Assembly: GCA_964397205.1 (NCBI GenBank)
Contig: CAYNIT010000001.1
Coordinates: 1-61,699 of the forward strand
Source: an uncultured Phaeodactylibacter sp.
Lineage (GTDB): Bacteria > Bacteroidota > Bacteroidia > Chitinophagales > Saprospiraceae
Direction of reading: 5' to 3'
DNA length: 61,699 bases
Shown: piece after piece, positions 30,838 to 39,866 of the stretch
Position numbering within the stretch: position 1 is the first letter of the stretch
How the letters are laid out: every line of letters begins with the position of its first letter
Notes under the pieces: generated by a model
Told to the model about the DNA's origin: nothing
What the model saw: the letters and a program-made list of their open reading frames with translations, nothing else
The model's database searches: none
Translations under genes and position numbers: made by a program

Positions 30838-31138
30838 TTCGAGGAGGCATTTGCCAGGTTAAATTTGTTGGTGGCCCTCCTATCAACAAAAAGCCTTGGT
30901 TCTTAAAGGGGTCTTCACAGATGGTTGGTTACGAAGGGGTTATAGTCAATTGTAGAGGTGTTGTTCAGGCCGGAACCCCGTTGCTCCGAATGAGATTGCT
31001 TATGTTTGTTTCCGTTACGCGCTAAGTTAATAAGTTTACCTCAATCCCAAAAAAGGAAAGCGCAGCCTACTCCCGCGGCAAGTTGTGTTGACCAAAGGGC
31101 AGGCTTTTAAATCTAGGGATATTTGTGCATTTTTTTAA

Positions 31139-31179
31139 AAGGATGCCCGTTTCATTTCAACTGCGGGCATCTTTGTTTT
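31139..31179 (+). terminator. Intrinsic terminator-like hairpin with no annotated gene ending at it
   Basis: AAGGATGCCCGT...GCGGGCATCTTT followed by GTTTT. Confidence 0.6.
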
Positions 31180-31339
31180 CCTACAGCACATACTGTGAAC
31201 AGCAAGTCCCCTTGTTTATAACCGAACCAGTCTGATTTGCTCCTGTGGGGTAAATCAAACGGTTCAGTTACATAGGGCTATTTGGCCAGGGCATGCACTC
31301 AAAACGAAAGGATTTTTTGACTGACGCTAAAAATATCCT

Positions 31340-31347
31340 TATCTTTG
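31340..31347 (+). promoter_or_regulatory. sigmaA promoter of rpsU
   Basis: TATCTTTG with TTTG (-33) about 20 nt upstream. Confidence 0.7.
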
Positions 31348-31472
31348 CCGAGCAAAATGAAAACCCGCCATAAGTAGGGGCATCAGCGGCTGTCTAACAT
31401 GTCCTGAAGGGAGTTTCGCAATTATTTTTTGATCCAAAAGAAGCACTGCTTCAAAAAACAAAGGTACGTTCT

Positions 31473-31664
31473 ATGCTGATTATTAACGTAAAGGACGGTG
31501 AATCGATTGACCGCGCACTGAAGCGCTACAAGCGCAAGCACCGCAATGTAGGTGTAATCAAAGAATTGCGTAAGCGCAAAGAGTTCACCAAACCTTCCGT
31601 ACAGCGTCGCAACGAAGTCCTAAAGGCGAAGTACAAGCAAGAAAAAGAAAAAGAACAGGGTTAA
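31473..31664 (+). CDS. rpsU: 30S ribosomal protein bS21
   Basis: GESIDRALKRYKRK and FTKPSV motifs. Confidence 0.97.
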   Translation: MLIINVKDGESIDRALKRYKRKHRNVGVIKELRKRKEFTKPSVQRRNEVLKAKYKQEKEKEQG

Positions 31665-31752
31665 AGGACGCTTCCGCCACGGGTCTTGCCAAAAAATTGC
31701 TTAGCCCTTACCGCTACTCGTCTTTTAGGAACATCTCACAGAAGCGCAACAG

Positions 31753-31789
31753 ACAGGCTTCAGGCTAAATTGTGTAGCCTGAAACCTGT
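31753..31789. terminator. Hairpin between convergent rpsU and the T9SS cargo gene
   Basis: ACAGGCTTCAGGCTA / TAGCCTGAAACCTGT inverted repeat. Confidence 0.55.
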
Positions 31790-31818
31790 TCGCTATTACA
31801 TCAGAGGCAATAACTCTC

Positions 31819-34818
31819 TTATCGCACAAGCTGCAAATCTCCCTCTATCAGCACGCTTTCCCCATCTATGAAGCTGACCTCAGCGTAAAATGCGTATACC
31901 CCAATGGCAGCAGGCTCTCCCCGAAACCTTCCGTCCCAGCCAAAGCCCGGCAGGTTAGGAGGGAAGCTGTCTGCTTCAAATACCAATCCTCCCCACCGAT
32001 TAAAGATTTTTAGTTCTTCGATCTCGCTTACCCCCGGGCCAGCGTAGATTGTGAATTGATCATTTACGCCGTCGCCGTTGGGGGAAAAAGCGTTGGGAGC
32101 GTAAACCGGGCGATTTTTGATGACACCGACGCGCACAGAGTCGGAGGCAGTGCAGCCAGTGCTATCCACGACAGTCACCGTGTATACGGTACTGTTCACT
32201 GGGTTGGCAGTGGGCGCATCGCAGTTCAGGCAAGACAGCGAATCGGGAGGCAGCCATTCGAAGCTGACCATCGGATTGTTGGGCGTTGCATTCAAGTTGG
32301 TGGAAAACCCCAGCTCAATCCGTACATCCGGCCCAGCATCCACTGTGAGCTCCGGCGGCTGCCTTACGGTAGCTTCCGCCGTGGCCGTACACCCATTAGC
32401 ATCCATGACGGTGAAGGGGTAGCTGCCAGCCGTCAGGCCGGAAAAGGTGGTTTCCACTTGAAAGCTCATACCGTCTACGCTGTACTCATAAGGCGGCACG
32501 CCGCCCTGTCCAAGTACAGCAACTTCCCCATTCTCATCGCCGAAGCACAGCAGGTCGATGACATCCGTCACATCCAAGCTGAGCGGAGGCGGCTGTTGAA
32601 AGCTGGTATCTCCTGTGGCCTCACATCCGTTGCCATCGGTGACGGTGACAGAGTAGCTTCCCTCATCCAGCATGGTGAGTACACTATCCGTTTGGCCTGC
32701 GCCCCAGAGCAGGCTGTAATCGCCTACCCCGCCGGCAGGTTGCGCTTCTAGAATGGCATCGGCGGCACCGAAGCAGCTGATGTTCTCCAAGTCAAAGCTT
32801 ACTGCTAAAGGCGGCGGGTCTTCCAAGACAAAAGTGAAGCTCCCTTGACACAGATTGTCGTCCAGCACATCCAGCATATAGGTGCCCGCCGGAAGCCCGA
32901 CTAGAGAGCTTTCCTCCACAAAACCATTGCCGTCGTTGAAATCGTACTGATACGGGGGTTGTCCATTCGCAATGGAAACAATGATTGACCCATCGGTAAA
33001 ACCGGTACAGGAAGGGTCGATAAGCTCGGTTACCACAGGGTCCAATTCCAGTTCCAGTTCCCGTACGGGTATGACCAGCTCCACTATACAGCCATTGGCA
33101 TCTCGCACAGCCACATCGTAATCGCCTACGGGCAAATTCAGCAGCGTGTTTTCCGATGTAAAAGAGGTACTGCTTTCCCAGCGGAATTCATAGGGCGGCG
33201 TACCCCCCTCTACCGAAAGCTCTATGGACCCATCGGTGCCGCCATCGCAGCTGGGCATCCCGATGAGCGTGTCTACATCGATTGGGGGCGGGCTTTCAAG
33301 CTCGTAGGACAGCACCGTGTCGCAGGTGATGCCGTCGGTTATAGTCACCGTGTAGGTACCAGAAGCCAGGTTTTCCAGGCTGCTGTTCACTGCGCCTGTA
33401 GACCAAGAAAAATCATAGGGCGGGAAGTCGTTGTTTACAGACAGCTCGATGGCGCCGGTAGAGTCTTCCGGGCAGTTCAGATCGCTTACCATCTCCTCTA
33501 TTTCGAATTCCCCTTCGCAGCATTCAGCGTAGAATGATTGGACCGCTGTGACTACGCAGCCATCCTGAGTTGTCACCCTCAGCAATACGTTTTTCAGCCC
33601 CGGCGTACTGTAGTTTACGTTGTGCGGCCCCTGAGCATTAGCCGTGCCGGGGCTGGCGCCAATGCCGAAGTCCCACTCCCAATCGGTAATGCCGCTGACG
33701 GAAGTAGATTCGTCGGTAAAGGTGATAGACTCCTCGAGGCAAACGGTATCCGTCGGGGTATTCGTACGGAAGCTAGCTTCCGGCCCCAGGAAGGTGCCGG
33801 TGCCGCCGAATTCCACCGAAAAACCGCTGCCCGACTGGCTGAAGTTGTTGACTACCAGGGCATAACTGCGGCCGGCTACCATTTCGACCTGCGCCACGAA
33901 GTTGTTGTCGCCCGGGTCGCAGCCGCAGCCCTCTGTCACATCCGGGTCGCCCTGCTCCAGCCCGGTAGCGCCAGCACAGGGCTCCCAGGTTTCAAATGGG
34001 GCACCGACTTGTTCGCCGGAGAACATACAGCGCAGGTCGATTTTGTCGGAGCAGTCGTTGAGCCCGTTGGGCAGTTCGTACACGACGAAGTCGAGGTCGT
34101 CCACCGGATTGAGGGGAGTAAGGGAGAAGGTGAGCGAGCCAGCTTCGTCGCAGGTCCACTTGTACCAGGCGGAGCCGCTTTCCTCAGGGCTGCAGGCATC
34201 GGTGTCGCAGGCCAAGTTGGAAATTTCATTGAAGTCATTGCCCACGCCGGTCACTCTTTCTACCGTAAAGGAGGATTTATCGCACAGGATGACCCCCGTG
34301 TTGCAATCGCTGGAGGGGTCCGGGATGGCGTTGAAGTTGTTGATGCATAGCTGGAAGCTGCCCTGATTGCCATTGCGGGCGCTGACTTGAATATAGTAGG
34401 TTTCCCCAATGGTGAGCGGGCCGGCGAACAGCTGCCCGCTGTTGTCGCCAAGCGCATCCGAAAAGCATCCGATACTGGCCAGGCTGCCGCAATCGCCCTC
34501 GTAGATGGCGAACTGCGGCAATTCTAGCGTGCCGCCGTTGCTCTGGCCGGTAGCGCCGGATACGCTGATATTGACATCGGTTGCTTCGGCTACGAAAGAG
34601 AACCACACGTCCAGGTTCTGTTGCGTATTGGGAAAGCAGCCCGGGGAAGGGCCGTCTTCGGTGGCACCCTCATTGTTGAATGCGCCAACGCCGGAGCACC
34701 AGCTATTGACATCGGATAGAGGGGTAGCGGAAGCGCAGTCTTCTCCCTGCGCTAGTCCGGGAAAAGGATTGCATAGCAAGCTACAGGCGATAAGGAGCGG
34801 AAGTATAGTTTTCGTCAT
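31819..34818 (-). CDS. T9SS type-B cargo (gliding motility-associated/CHU_C C-terminal domain) with PKD and SprB-like repeats
   Basis: PNAFSPNGDGVND..IFNRWG..WDG C-terminal domain; W.WDFG PKD motif; C.G..DG.I...GG.PPY repeats; ATG at 34818. Confidence 0.92.
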   Translation of the reverse strand: MTKTILPLLIACSLLCNPFPGLAQGEDCASATPLSDVNSWCSGVGAFNNEGATEDGPSPGCFPNTQQNLDVWFSFVAEATDVNISVSGATGQSNGGTLELPQFAIYEGDCGSLASIGCFSDALGDNSGQLFAGPLTIGETYYIQVSARNGNQGSFQLCINNFNAIPDPSSDCNTGVILCDKSSFTVERVTGVGNDFNEISNLACDTDACSPEESGSAWYKWTCDEAGSLTFSLTPLNPVDDLDFVVYELPNGLNDCSDKIDLRCMFSGEQVGAPFETWEPCAGATGLEQGDPDVTEGCGCDPGDNNFVAQVEMVAGRSYALVVNNFSQSGSGFSVEFGGTGTFLGPEASFRTNTPTDTVCLEESITFTDESTSVSGITDWEWDFGIGASPGTANAQGPHNVNYSTPGLKNVLLRVTTQDGCVVTAVQSFYAECCEGEFEIEEMVSDLNCPEDSTGAIELSVNNDFPPYDFSWSTGAVNSSLENLASGTYTVTITDGITCDTVLSYELESPPPIDVDTLIGMPSCDGGTDGSIELSVEGGTPPYEFRWESSTSFTSENTLLNLPVGDYDVAVRDANGCIVELVIPVRELELELDPVVTELIDPSCTGFTDGSIIVSIANGQPPYQYDFNDGNGFVEESSLVGLPAGTYMLDVLDDNLCQGSFTFVLEDPPPLAVSFDLENISCFGAADAILEAQPAGGVGDYSLLWGAGQTDSVLTMLDEGSYSVTVTDGNGCEATGDTSFQQPPPLSLDVTDVIDLLCFGDENGEVAVLGQGGVPPYEYSVDGMSFQVETTFSGLTAGSYPFTVMDANGCTATAEATVRQPPELTVDAGPDVRIELGFSTNLNATPNNPMVSFEWLPPDSLSCLNCDAPTANPVNSTVYTVTVVDSTGCTASDSVRVGVIKNRPVYAPNAFSPNGDGVNDQFTIYAGPGVSEIEELKIFNRWGGLVFEADSFPPNLPGFGWDGRFRGEPAAIGVYAFYAEVSFIDGESVLIEGDLQLVR

Positions 34819-35082
34819 AGCTTTATCATGTTGTTCTAAGAACAAACGAGCGGCGTAGGCTCGTTGCTGCATGGTCCAAATATTATCCAGGCAATTAATG
34901 GTATATACACACCACAGCTTGCTGTGGTTTTGGCAAAATGGGCGCATTCCAAAGATAGAACGGTACCCGACAGATTTTCTTGCCCGGGCGTAGCGGCTTC
35001 GGGGGCCAGGTTCTGCTTTGAAGGAGCAGGTCTGTTAGGCCAGGTCATCACCTGTGTGTACAAATTGACTACCTTTGGCGCT

Positions 35083-35793
35083 ATGTTGAAGCAGTGGATC
35101 CCCAATGCCATCACCTTGCTCAACCTTGTTTTGGGCTGTTGCGCCATCGTCAGCGTACTGCAGGGGCAGTACGTACTGGGGTTTTGGCTGGTGTTCTTTG
35201 CGGTAGTGGCGGACTTTGCGGACGGGCTGGTTGCCCGCTTGCTTGGAGTGCATTCTGAACTGGGCAAAGAGCTGGACAGCATAGCCGATACGGTTTCTTT
35301 CGGGGTGGTGCCGGGCGTTATTTATTACCGCTTGCTGTCGGAAGCTTTGGGAAATGTGGAAGCGGCTGGGTTGGTTCACGCAGCATTGCCGGGCTTCTTA
35401 GTAGCCGCTTTTTCCGGCTTGCGATTGGCCAAATTCAACTTGGACACCCGTCAGACGGAAGGCTTCATCGGTTTGCCCACACCTTCTAGCACGATGTTTA
35501 CCGTGGGGCTTATGCTTATTTATGCACTTGATACGTATGGCATGGGAAGTACGGTGCTGCAACCGGTTTTCCTTTACACCTGTATACTGCTGCAATCCTA
35601 TCTGCTGATCGCCGAGGTTCCTATGTTTGCGCTGAAGTTCAAAACCTTTGCGTGGGCGGGCAATGAGGTTAAATTTACCTTTACTGCTATAGCCGTATTG
35701 CTGCTGATTTTCACCAAGGAGTTCGCTTTTTCAGCAGTAGTGGTGCTATACGTGCTGTTCTCCATCATCAAGCATTTGGCTAAAGCGAAATGA
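35083..35793 (+). CDS. pssA: CDP-diacylglycerol--serine O-phosphatidyltransferase (CDP-alcohol phosphotransferase)
   Basis: IPNAITLLN, DFADG..AR, GKELDSIAD, RLAKFN and FIGLPTP motifs; ATG at 35083. Confidence 0.9.
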   Translation: MLKQWIPNAITLLNLVLGCCAIVSVLQGQYVLGFWLVFFAVVADFADGLVARLLGVHSELGKELDSIADTVSFGVVPGVIYYRLLSEALGNVEAAGLVHAALPGFLVAAFSGLRLAKFNLDTRQTEGFIGLPTPSSTMFTVGLMLIYALDTYGMGSTVLQPVFLYTCILLQSYLLIAEVPMFALKFKTFAWAGNEVKFTFTAIAVLLLIFTKEFAFSAVVVLYVLFSIIKHLAKAK

Positions 35794-35797
35794 GTGT

Positions 35798-36025
35798 ATG
35801 AATTTTATTGCCCAAGCAAGAGTGGTAACCTACGATGAGCTGCCCGGCTCCCACGGAGAAGCGGTAGCCGATAACATAGAAAACAGAGCTCAGCAGAGCG
35901 TGGAGGGCCGCCATATCAGGAAGCACGCCTCCATGCAGGTAGCAGCCAAAAAGAAAGCAGCCCGCAAAAAGCTGCTGGCTGATGCCATTTTAGAAGATTG
36001 CACTATCACCCTCAAGCCTGCTTAA
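35798..36025 (+). pseudogene. purS: Degenerate PurS (FGAM synthase small subunit)
   Basis: Sits in the pssA-X-rsmI position; remnants IRKH and KKLLAD.I.E; conserved LLDPQG reads LPGSHG; shorter than typical. Confidence 0.65.
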
Positions 36026-36028
36026 GCT

Positions 36029-36694
36029 ATGCTCTACCTAGTCCCTACGCCAATTGGCAACTTAGAAGATATTACGCTGCGCGCCCTGCGCATTCTGAAG
36101 GAAGCTGACCTCATCCTCGCCGAGGATACCCGCGTTTCTAAAAAGCTGCTTTCTCACTACCAGATTGATACGCCCCTGCGCTCCTACCATGCGCACAACG
36201 AGCACGCCATCACAGCAGAGCTCGTAGGCCAAATGGCGGGAGGCAGTACACTGGCCTTAATATCCGATGCCGGCACGCCGGGGATATCCGACCCGGGTTT
36301 CTTGCTGGCCCGAGCCTGCCAGGAAGCAGGCATCCGGGTAGAAGCGCTGCCGGGGCCTACGGCTTTTCTGCCTGCTTTGGCAGCCTCTGGCCTGCCCTGC
36401 GATAAATTCCACTTTGAAGGCTTTCTGCCCCACAAAAAAGGAAGGCAAACCCGCCTGCGATACCTGTCCGAGCTTCCAGTCACCTTTGTGCTGTACGAGT
36501 CCCCATTCCGTTTGGTGAAATGCTTGCAGCAATTGATGGATATTTGCGGGGAAGACCGCATGGCCTGCGTTGCCCGCGAACTGACTAAACTGCACGAAGA
36601 AATCCGTACAGCTACGCTCGCTGAGTTGCACCAGCACTACGGCAGCCAATCCAAAGTAAAAGGCGAAATTGTGCTCGTGGTATCGGGGCGCTAG
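36029..36694 (+). CDS. rsmI: 16S rRNA C1402 2'-O-methyltransferase
   Basis: LYLVPTPIGNLEDIT, SDAGTPGISDPG, YESP and RELTKLHEE motifs. Confidence 0.97.
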   Translation: MLYLVPTPIGNLEDITLRALRILKEADLILAEDTRVSKKLLSHYQIDTPLRSYHAHNEHAITAELVGQMAGGSTLALISDAGTPGISDPGFLLARACQEAGIRVEALPGPTAFLPALAASGLPCDKFHFEGFLPHKKGRQTRLRYLSELPVTFVLYESPFRLVKCLQQLMDICGEDRMACVARELTKLHEEIRTATLAELHQHYGSQSKVKGEIVLVVSGR

Positions 36695-38245
36695 CTATTT
36701 CACCAGCAACTTGCGGCTCAACTGCTGCCCATCGGCCCAAATGCTGACCCAATACAGGCCAGGAGTAAATCCGGAGATATTCAGCCCATTGCGCAGCGGG
36801 CCGTCGAGCTGCTGTTGCAGCACCTTCCTGCCCTGTGTATCCCGTATTTCCAGCAAGCCTTTTTGGAAGCGGTTGGGCAATTTCAGGTACAGCTCGTCGG
36901 TAGCCGGGTTGGGGAACAGCTCAAACGGCTGATTGGCCGGAGCTACTTCCTGCTGACTGGTAGTGCTTTCGTCATAGATGGTGAGCACGGAATTGTGCGT
37001 AAGGTCATGCGCGATGGTATCGCGGTTGCTGTCAATCAACACTACGCCATCAACAAGGATGTCAAAGGAAGTTTCCGGCTCCGAACGGCCCATGATGATG
37101 TCCGAGCTGATGATGAAGTTCATTGTAGCCACTCTTCCGTCACCGTTCTTGCCATTGCTGTTGCGGCGGCTCCAGGCTAGGTCGTACCTGCCTATTTCGT
37201 AGTCCGCCAGGTCCTTCTGTACCTCCAGCAGCTCTTCCGGAGGGCCGAAAAAGGCATCTTCGTTGTACTGAGCAGTGATGGAGTGGGTAACGGTCAGGCT
37301 ATACGGGTAGAGCATGTGGAAAGCCATGCTGTGCAAGTCTTCCACGGGCAAGTCGTCGGTGCCGATGTACACGCCGGCGGAAAAGTTGATGAAGTCCGGT
37401 GAACTCTCGCTCACCACAATCTCCGTGGTATCAAACTGCAGGTAGACGGGAGGCGCGCCCGGAGTCGGTGGATTGGCTGTTTCGAATGCCGGGAGGTAAT
37501 TTTCCTGAATGGCGGCAACATCCGCTTCGTCGATTACTCCATTGCCGTCGCAATCGGCATGCTTGAAGTCGACATTATTGATGCTCGTTTCCCAATCCTC
37601 TCCGAAGTTGGGTGCCCAGAGAATAGGGTTGGAGGGATCGGGGAACAGCTCACGCTCCGGCCCTGTCAATCCAAATCCATAACCAATATTGGACAAGTCG
37701 TAGATATTGGCTAAGCGGTCGCCGTTGGCATCGCCGGGGTATATGCAGTCGGTGTTGTTGCACATGGCATCCGGCGAGTCTTCATAGACATGGAGGCAGA
37801 AGGTGTCGCTGCAGCCAGCCTCATTCCAGACACTCAGGCATACTTCGGTAGTGTCAGCCGGCATAATCGCCAGCCAGGCGCTACCTTCTGTGCCTCCGCT
37901 TACGGCTTCGCCATTGAAAGACCAAGCAAGGCTATCGTAGTTCGTTGAAGTGTTAAAAAGATAGAAAGTGTCTGCGGCGTACTGATTGAACATGAAGCCT
38001 GCTTCGCAAGCCTCAGCGCAGCTGCCTTCCGTCCAGGATGTCAATCCGTGCTCGTACTCCGCTACACAGGCGTTGTAGTACTCTTCCCCATCGCACCCGC
38101 AAACCGGCTGATACTCGGAGGGGCAATTGACCGCCTCATCAATTTGTTGAGGGTTGATGCAGTTGTCCTGAGCATGCAGGGGAAGTGCAAACAGACCGGC
38201 GATGATAAGAATTTGAAGGTGTCGGGTTTTGAGTTGCATAGCCAT
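36695..38245 (-). CDS. T9SS type-A cargo: Kazal-like, PKD-like, dockerin-like and cohesin-like domains plus CTD
   Basis: PVCGCDGEEYYNAC; PGDANGD..ANIYD and DCDGNGVIDEAD; LFPNPA...G.Y C-terminal domain. Confidence 0.82.
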   Translation of the reverse strand: MAMQLKTRHLQILIIAGLFALPLHAQDNCINPQQIDEAVNCPSEYQPVCGCDGEEYYNACVAEYEHGLTSWTEGSCAEACEAGFMFNQYAADTFYLFNTSTNYDSLAWSFNGEAVSGGTEGSAWLAIMPADTTEVCLSVWNEAGCSDTFCLHVYEDSPDAMCNNTDCIYPGDANGDRLANIYDLSNIGYGFGLTGPERELFPDPSNPILWAPNFGEDWETSINNVDFKHADCDGNGVIDEADVAAIQENYLPAFETANPPTPGAPPVYLQFDTTEIVVSESSPDFINFSAGVYIGTDDLPVEDLHSMAFHMLYPYSLTVTHSITAQYNEDAFFGPPEELLEVQKDLADYEIGRYDLAWSRRNSNGKNGDGRVATMNFIISSDIIMGRSEPETSFDILVDGVVLIDSNRDTIAHDLTHNSVLTIYDESTTSQQEVAPANQPFELFPNPATDELYLKLPNRFQKGLLEIRDTQGRKVLQQQLDGPLRNGLNISGFTPGLYWVSIWADGQQLSRKLLVK

Positions 38246-38399
38246 GTGTTTAAGAAAACGATCCATATTGCAAAAATGCTGTCAGAGACCTATGCGATAA
38301 AGGACAAAAAACGTAAATTGTCGAGCACTGATTGCTTTTATATTGGTTTAAATTACTGATTTTCAGTATTTTGTCTAGTTTTTTAACCCGTAATTGTGA

Positions 38400-39854
38400 A
38401 TGGTTTTTATGCTGAGCCCAAAACTGATTTCTTTTCTTGCTTCTTTCTCTTCGGCGGAACAGCAATCGTTTGCCTGCTATCTAGACGCTCCTTACTTCAA
38501 TCAAAACAACGCCCTGTCAAAGCTGTTCATGCTCATTCAACCCAGCTTGTCGGAAGCAAAAGTAACAAGGAGTCAACAAATTCCACGGCTAAGCAAAGCG
38601 CACATCTGGAAACAACTTTTTCCGAAAGAGCCCTACAACGACGCTCGCCTGCGGCGGTACTGCTCTGACCTGCTGCAGGCGGCTTATCAGTACTGCTACA
38701 TAAGCATCTGCTTATCAGACGAGAAAGAGGAGTTGATCTCCTTGTTGAATCATACCAAGTCGCCAGCTTTTGAAAAGCATTTCAACGGCCTGGACCGCAA
38801 GTTTGAGCAGCTTCAACAAAATGGCAGAAAGCCGTCTAGCCGGTACTATGAGCAGCTGTTCAACTACCACATGATACACCACCGTCATCAGGAAGCAAGG
38901 GGCGAAAAGCTGAAGGACTTCTCGCAAATCGAAAAGGCAGACTACTATCTGGACTGCCATTACTATCTGCAAAAGCTCAAGCACTACTGCGATGCGCTGG
39001 GTTATCAGAACTTCATGTCACGCAAGCCCGATATCCATACCCCTGACGGCTTTCTGGAACAGCTGGCAGGAATGGAGATGGTGCAGCAGGAGCCCTGGCT
39101 TCGGGCGTACTATCTCACGGCGCGGATGCTCTCCGCTGACAAGGGGGAGCCCTGGTTCTACGAACTCAAAGAGGCCCTTTTCTCCTCCGTAGATCAATTG
39201 CCCCTGGAAGATGCCAATGCTTTGTGCATTCACCTGAGCAATTTCTGTATTGACAAAAAGATCAACATCGGAGAAACAAGCTTTTTTCAGGAGCTTTTTG
39301 AGGTCTATCGCCGGGCAATCGAGGCGGGGCTGTTGCTGAAAGACGGGTTGCTGACCCATCAGGACTACAAAAATATCATCTCGGTAGGCTTGCACATCAA
39401 GGAATTCAGTTGGGTGGAATACTTCATACAGCAGTACACCGAGAAGCTGCCCGAAGAGCATCAGGAAAATGCTTTGACCTACAACCTAGCCAAAGTCTAC
39501 TTCCATCAGGGGCGCTATGAGAAAGTCATTGAGCAACTCCGGGAGGTAGAGTACCAATCGCCGGTCTACGCGCTGGGCAGCAAACTGCTGCTCTTGCTGA
39601 CGTACTTCGAGATGGGGGAGTTCCTGGCGCTGGATTCCCTATTGGACAGCTTCCGGATTTACCTGCGGCGCAACCAGCAAATCTCGAGGGAGGTCAAACA
39701 ACAGTACCTCAATGTCATCCGCTTCACTCGGAAGCTTTCCCGCATCAACCCAGGAGACGAAAAGACGCTGCTGAAGATCGAACAGCAGGTTGGGAATTGC
39801 AAAACCCTGGCCGCCCGGCAGTGGCTGGGGGAGAAAATTGCGGAATTGAAATAG
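38400..39854 (+). CDS. Cytoplasmic helical protein: putative N-terminal wHTH-like region plus TPR-like repeats
   Basis: No signal peptide; KLI..L..FS..E...F..YL..PYFN start; YNLAKVYFHQGRYEKV TPR. Confidence 0.75.
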   Translation: MVFMLSPKLISFLASFSSAEQQSFACYLDAPYFNQNNALSKLFMLIQPSLSEAKVTRSQQIPRLSKAHIWKQLFPKEPYNDARLRRYCSDLLQAAYQYCYISICLSDEKEELISLLNHTKSPAFEKHFNGLDRKFEQLQQNGRKPSSRYYEQLFNYHMIHHRHQEARGEKLKDFSQIEKADYYLDCHYYLQKLKHYCDALGYQNFMSRKPDIHTPDGFLEQLAGMEMVQQEPWLRAYYLTARMLSADKGEPWFYELKEALFSSVDQLPLEDANALCIHLSNFCIDKKINIGETSFFQELFEVYRRAIEAGLLLKDGLLTHQDYKNIISVGLHIKEFSWVEYFIQQYTEKLPEEHQENALTYNLAKVYFHQGRYEKVIEQLREVEYQSPVYALGSKLLLLLTYFEMGEFLALDSLLDSFRIYLRRNQQISREVKQQYLNVIRFTRKLSRINPGDEKTLLKIEQQVGNCKTLAARQWLGEKIAELK

Positions 39855-39866
39855 TACTTTTGCGGT

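Noticed and set aside
30921-31025. 34-codon ORF MVGYEGVIVNC...
   Set aside because: Spans the putative operator and promoter, has no A-rich initiation region and no recognisable features
30838-31472. Possible tRNA or known riboswitch upstream of rpsU
   Set aside because: No cloverleaf or T-loop GTTCRA in tRNA context, and no riboswitch consensus that I recognise
31819-34818. Internal repeats as a possible CRISPR or tandem DNA array
   Set aside because: These are protein-level SprB-like repeats with diverged DNA; there is no repeat-spacer structure anywhere in the window
34864-35082. N-terminal extensions of pssA and of the CHU_C gene that overlap each other
   Set aside because: Promoter elements (34950-34957 minus, 35070-35077 plus) and the signal peptide or family start support the shorter starts
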